64,000 nt of DNA from Cyanobacteria bacterium P01_A01_bin.123. GTDB taxonomy: Bacteria > Cyanobacteriota > Cyanobacteriia > Phormidesmidales > Phormidesmidaceae. The stretch covers positions 1-64,000 of the forward strand of contig JBCBZT010000007.1 of assembly GCA_039815185.1 (NCBI GenBank), given 5' to 3'. The notes below the pieces were generated by a model, which was not told where the DNA came from, ran no database searches, and saw only the letters and a list, made by a program, of their open reading frames with translations. The position numbers and the translations under genes are program-made. Positions 62,252-64,000 of the stretch are shown here, piece after piece. Position 1 is the stretch's first letter. Each line of letters begins with the position of its first letter.

Positions 62252-64000
62252 ATGGATAAGCGGCAGCGATGGCTAGGGCTAATGCCATTGGCTCTCTTGG
62301 TATGGGGTGCTGCTGCGGAAGCAGAGGCGTCTTTGAGGCTTGAAGGGCTGCTGCACCCACACACTAGGGCAAAGGCTACTCCGCTGACAAAGGAGATGCC
62401 TAAAGATTGGCCTGAAGCTGTTATCTCTGATTCGTTGAAGCAATCTGGGGCACCGTCAGGAAATTTGCTGCAAGTTGAAGGCAGCTTATCCGATGGCGAT
62501 GACAGGCTGCCTGACCTGAGTCTCTACGATGTGCATTCCTTTCAGGGACAGGCAGGCCAAAGCGTCAGAATTAGCCTGGAAAGCCAGGACTTTGACACCT
62601 ATTTACTGCTGTACGCACCGTCAAACGAGTTAATTGCACAGAATGACGATGACGGCGAGGGCACCAACTCAGAGATCGTTTTGCAGCTTCCAGAAGACGG
62701 CGTATACCAGATTGTCGCCAATGCCTATGACCGCACGGAACGGGGCACTTATCAATTAACAGTGGAGAGCCTCAGTGCCTCACAGATTGAGCAGGCCGAT
62801 CAACAAGCTGAAGCCGATCGTTCACTTGAACAAGGCATTGACCAATATCGCGATCGCCAATACGAACAAGCTTTGGCCTCTTGGCAAGCCGCATTATCGC
62901 TCTATCGTCAGCTCAGCGATCGCGAGGGTGAGGCGGCCTCCCTCGGCAATTTGGGGCTTGTATACGAGCGGTTAGGGAATGAACGCAGCGCTATTGACTC
63001 TTATGAGCAGGCTTTAGTCATTGCTCGCGAAACGGGATACCGTCAGAGCGAAGCCAACACCCTCGGGAATCTAAGCAGGATTTACAATCTCCTGGGTAAC
63101 TATCGCCAAGGCATTGATTATCATCAGCAATTCTTGACCATTGCCAGAGAAATGGGCGATCGCCAAAGTGAAGCTGACGCGCTCAATAACTTAGGACTTG
63201 CCTACTATAACCTTGGCGACTATGGTCGGGCGATCGGGCTATATGAGCAATCGTTGGCGATTGGCCGCGAACTCCGCGATCGCCCCTTAGATACACTTGC
63301 CCCTGGCAGTTTTGTGTCCCGCAGGTCTGACAACAGCGTTGAAGAAGCGCGTGCACTCGGGAATTTAGGTCTTGTTTATCAACGCTTAGGGAACTATCGC
63401 CGCGCCATTGATTATTTTGAACAATCCCTGGCGATTTTCCCTAACCTTGGCGATCGCCAGAGTGAAGTTCTCGCGCTCAATAACTTGGGTAGTGCTCACC
63501 GTTTTCTGGATGAGTACGAGCGCGCCATTGACTATTACAGCCAAGCCCTAACCCTTGCCCGTGAAATTGGAGATCGTCGCAGTGAAGCACTCCCCTTGAG
63601 CAATCTCGGTGATGTATATGCCAGTTTCGGCGATTATGATCGCGCCATCGAGTCTTACGAACAGGCTTTAAGCATCTACCGTGAAGTCGGCAATCGCTTG
63701 GGTGAAGCGAACACTCTGGGTAACATCGGTACTATCTACGACGGTTTGGGTGACTTTCGCCAAGGCATTGAGCTGCATCAGCAAGCGCTAGGAATGATTC
63801 GAGAAATCGGCGATCGCCCCGGCGAAGCAGTCTTTCTGGCTAACTTGGGATCTTCCTACTTGGCCTTAAATCGTCTCAATGAGGCTGAGAGTAGCTTTTA
63901 TACTGCGATCGAAATTTTAGAGACCTTGCGGGCAAGCGACTTGAGCGACACCGATCGGGTGAGCCTCTTCGATACCCAAGCCAGGGCTTACAAAGCTTTG
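62252..64000 (+). CDS. Signal peptide-PPC-TPR protein (copy 3, runs off the window; probably CHAT)
   Basis: Hand translation MDKRQRWLGLMPLALLVWG...FDTYLLL...TPRs...SLFDTQARAYKAL, collinear with copy 1; absent from the ORF track because no stop falls in the window. Confidence 0.9.
   Translation, partial: MDKRQRWLGLMPLALLVWGAAAEAEASLRLEGLLHPHTRAKATPLTKEMPKDWPEAVISDSLKQSGAPSGNLLQVEGSLSDGDDRLPDLSLYDVHSFQGQAGQSVRISLESQDFDTYLLLYAPSNELIAQNDDDGEGTNSEIVLQLPEDGVYQIVANAYDRTERGTYQLTVESLSASQIEQADQQAEADRSLEQGIDQYRDRQYEQALASWQAALSLYRQLSDREGEAASLGNLGLVYERLGNERSAIDSYEQALVIARETGYRQSEANTLGNLSRIYNLLGNYRQGIDYHQQFLTIAREMGDRQSEADALNNLGLAYYNLGDYGRAIGLYEQSLAIGRELRDRPLDTLAPGSFVSRRSDNSVEEARALGNLGLVYQRLGNYRRAIDYFEQSLAIFPNLGDRQSEVLALNNLGSAHRFLDEYERAIDYYSQALTLAREIGDRRSEALPLSNLGDVYASFGDYDRAIESYEQALSIYREVGNRLGEANTLGNIGTIYDGLGDFRQGIELHQQALGMIREIGDRPGEAVFLANLGSSYLALNRLNEAESSFYTAIEILETLRASDLSDTDRVSLFDTQARAYKAL

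Overview
Chromosomal window of a cyanobacterium. It has very frequent HIP1 octamers (GCGATCGC), psbA, crtR, ndhD and ycf66; ggpS suggests a salt-tolerant or marine strain. Most of it is housekeeping genes (pyrG, queA, pyk, aroH, sppA, dnaN, dinB, clpB, thrB, thrS, hisS, trpB), and it includes the probable replication origin upstream of dnaN (DnaA boxes plus a DnaA-trio element). The most notable item lies about 2.6 kb from oriC: a 186-aa winged-HTH-like gene and a small ORF bracketed by two arrays of 12-bp-period palindromic repeats (TCCnnAGGA). This resembles single-protein partition/centromere or RacA-like systems. Other points of interest: psbA broken after Asn247 by 468 bp of foreign, eukaryote-like DNA (possibly an assembly chimera); a HerA ATPase / RNA m5C methyltransferase / Ser-Thr kinase cluster; a structured-RNA candidate in front of ndhD; a perfect 47-bp palindrome; a frameshifted tail on an SLH protein; and three tandem signal peptide-PPC-TPR(-CHAT) genes that share an upstream motif, with an IS701 carrying a duplicated left end inserted into a palindrome between two of them. 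No tRNA, rRNA or CRISPR array was seen. All assignments come from reading the sequence and translations; no database search was run.
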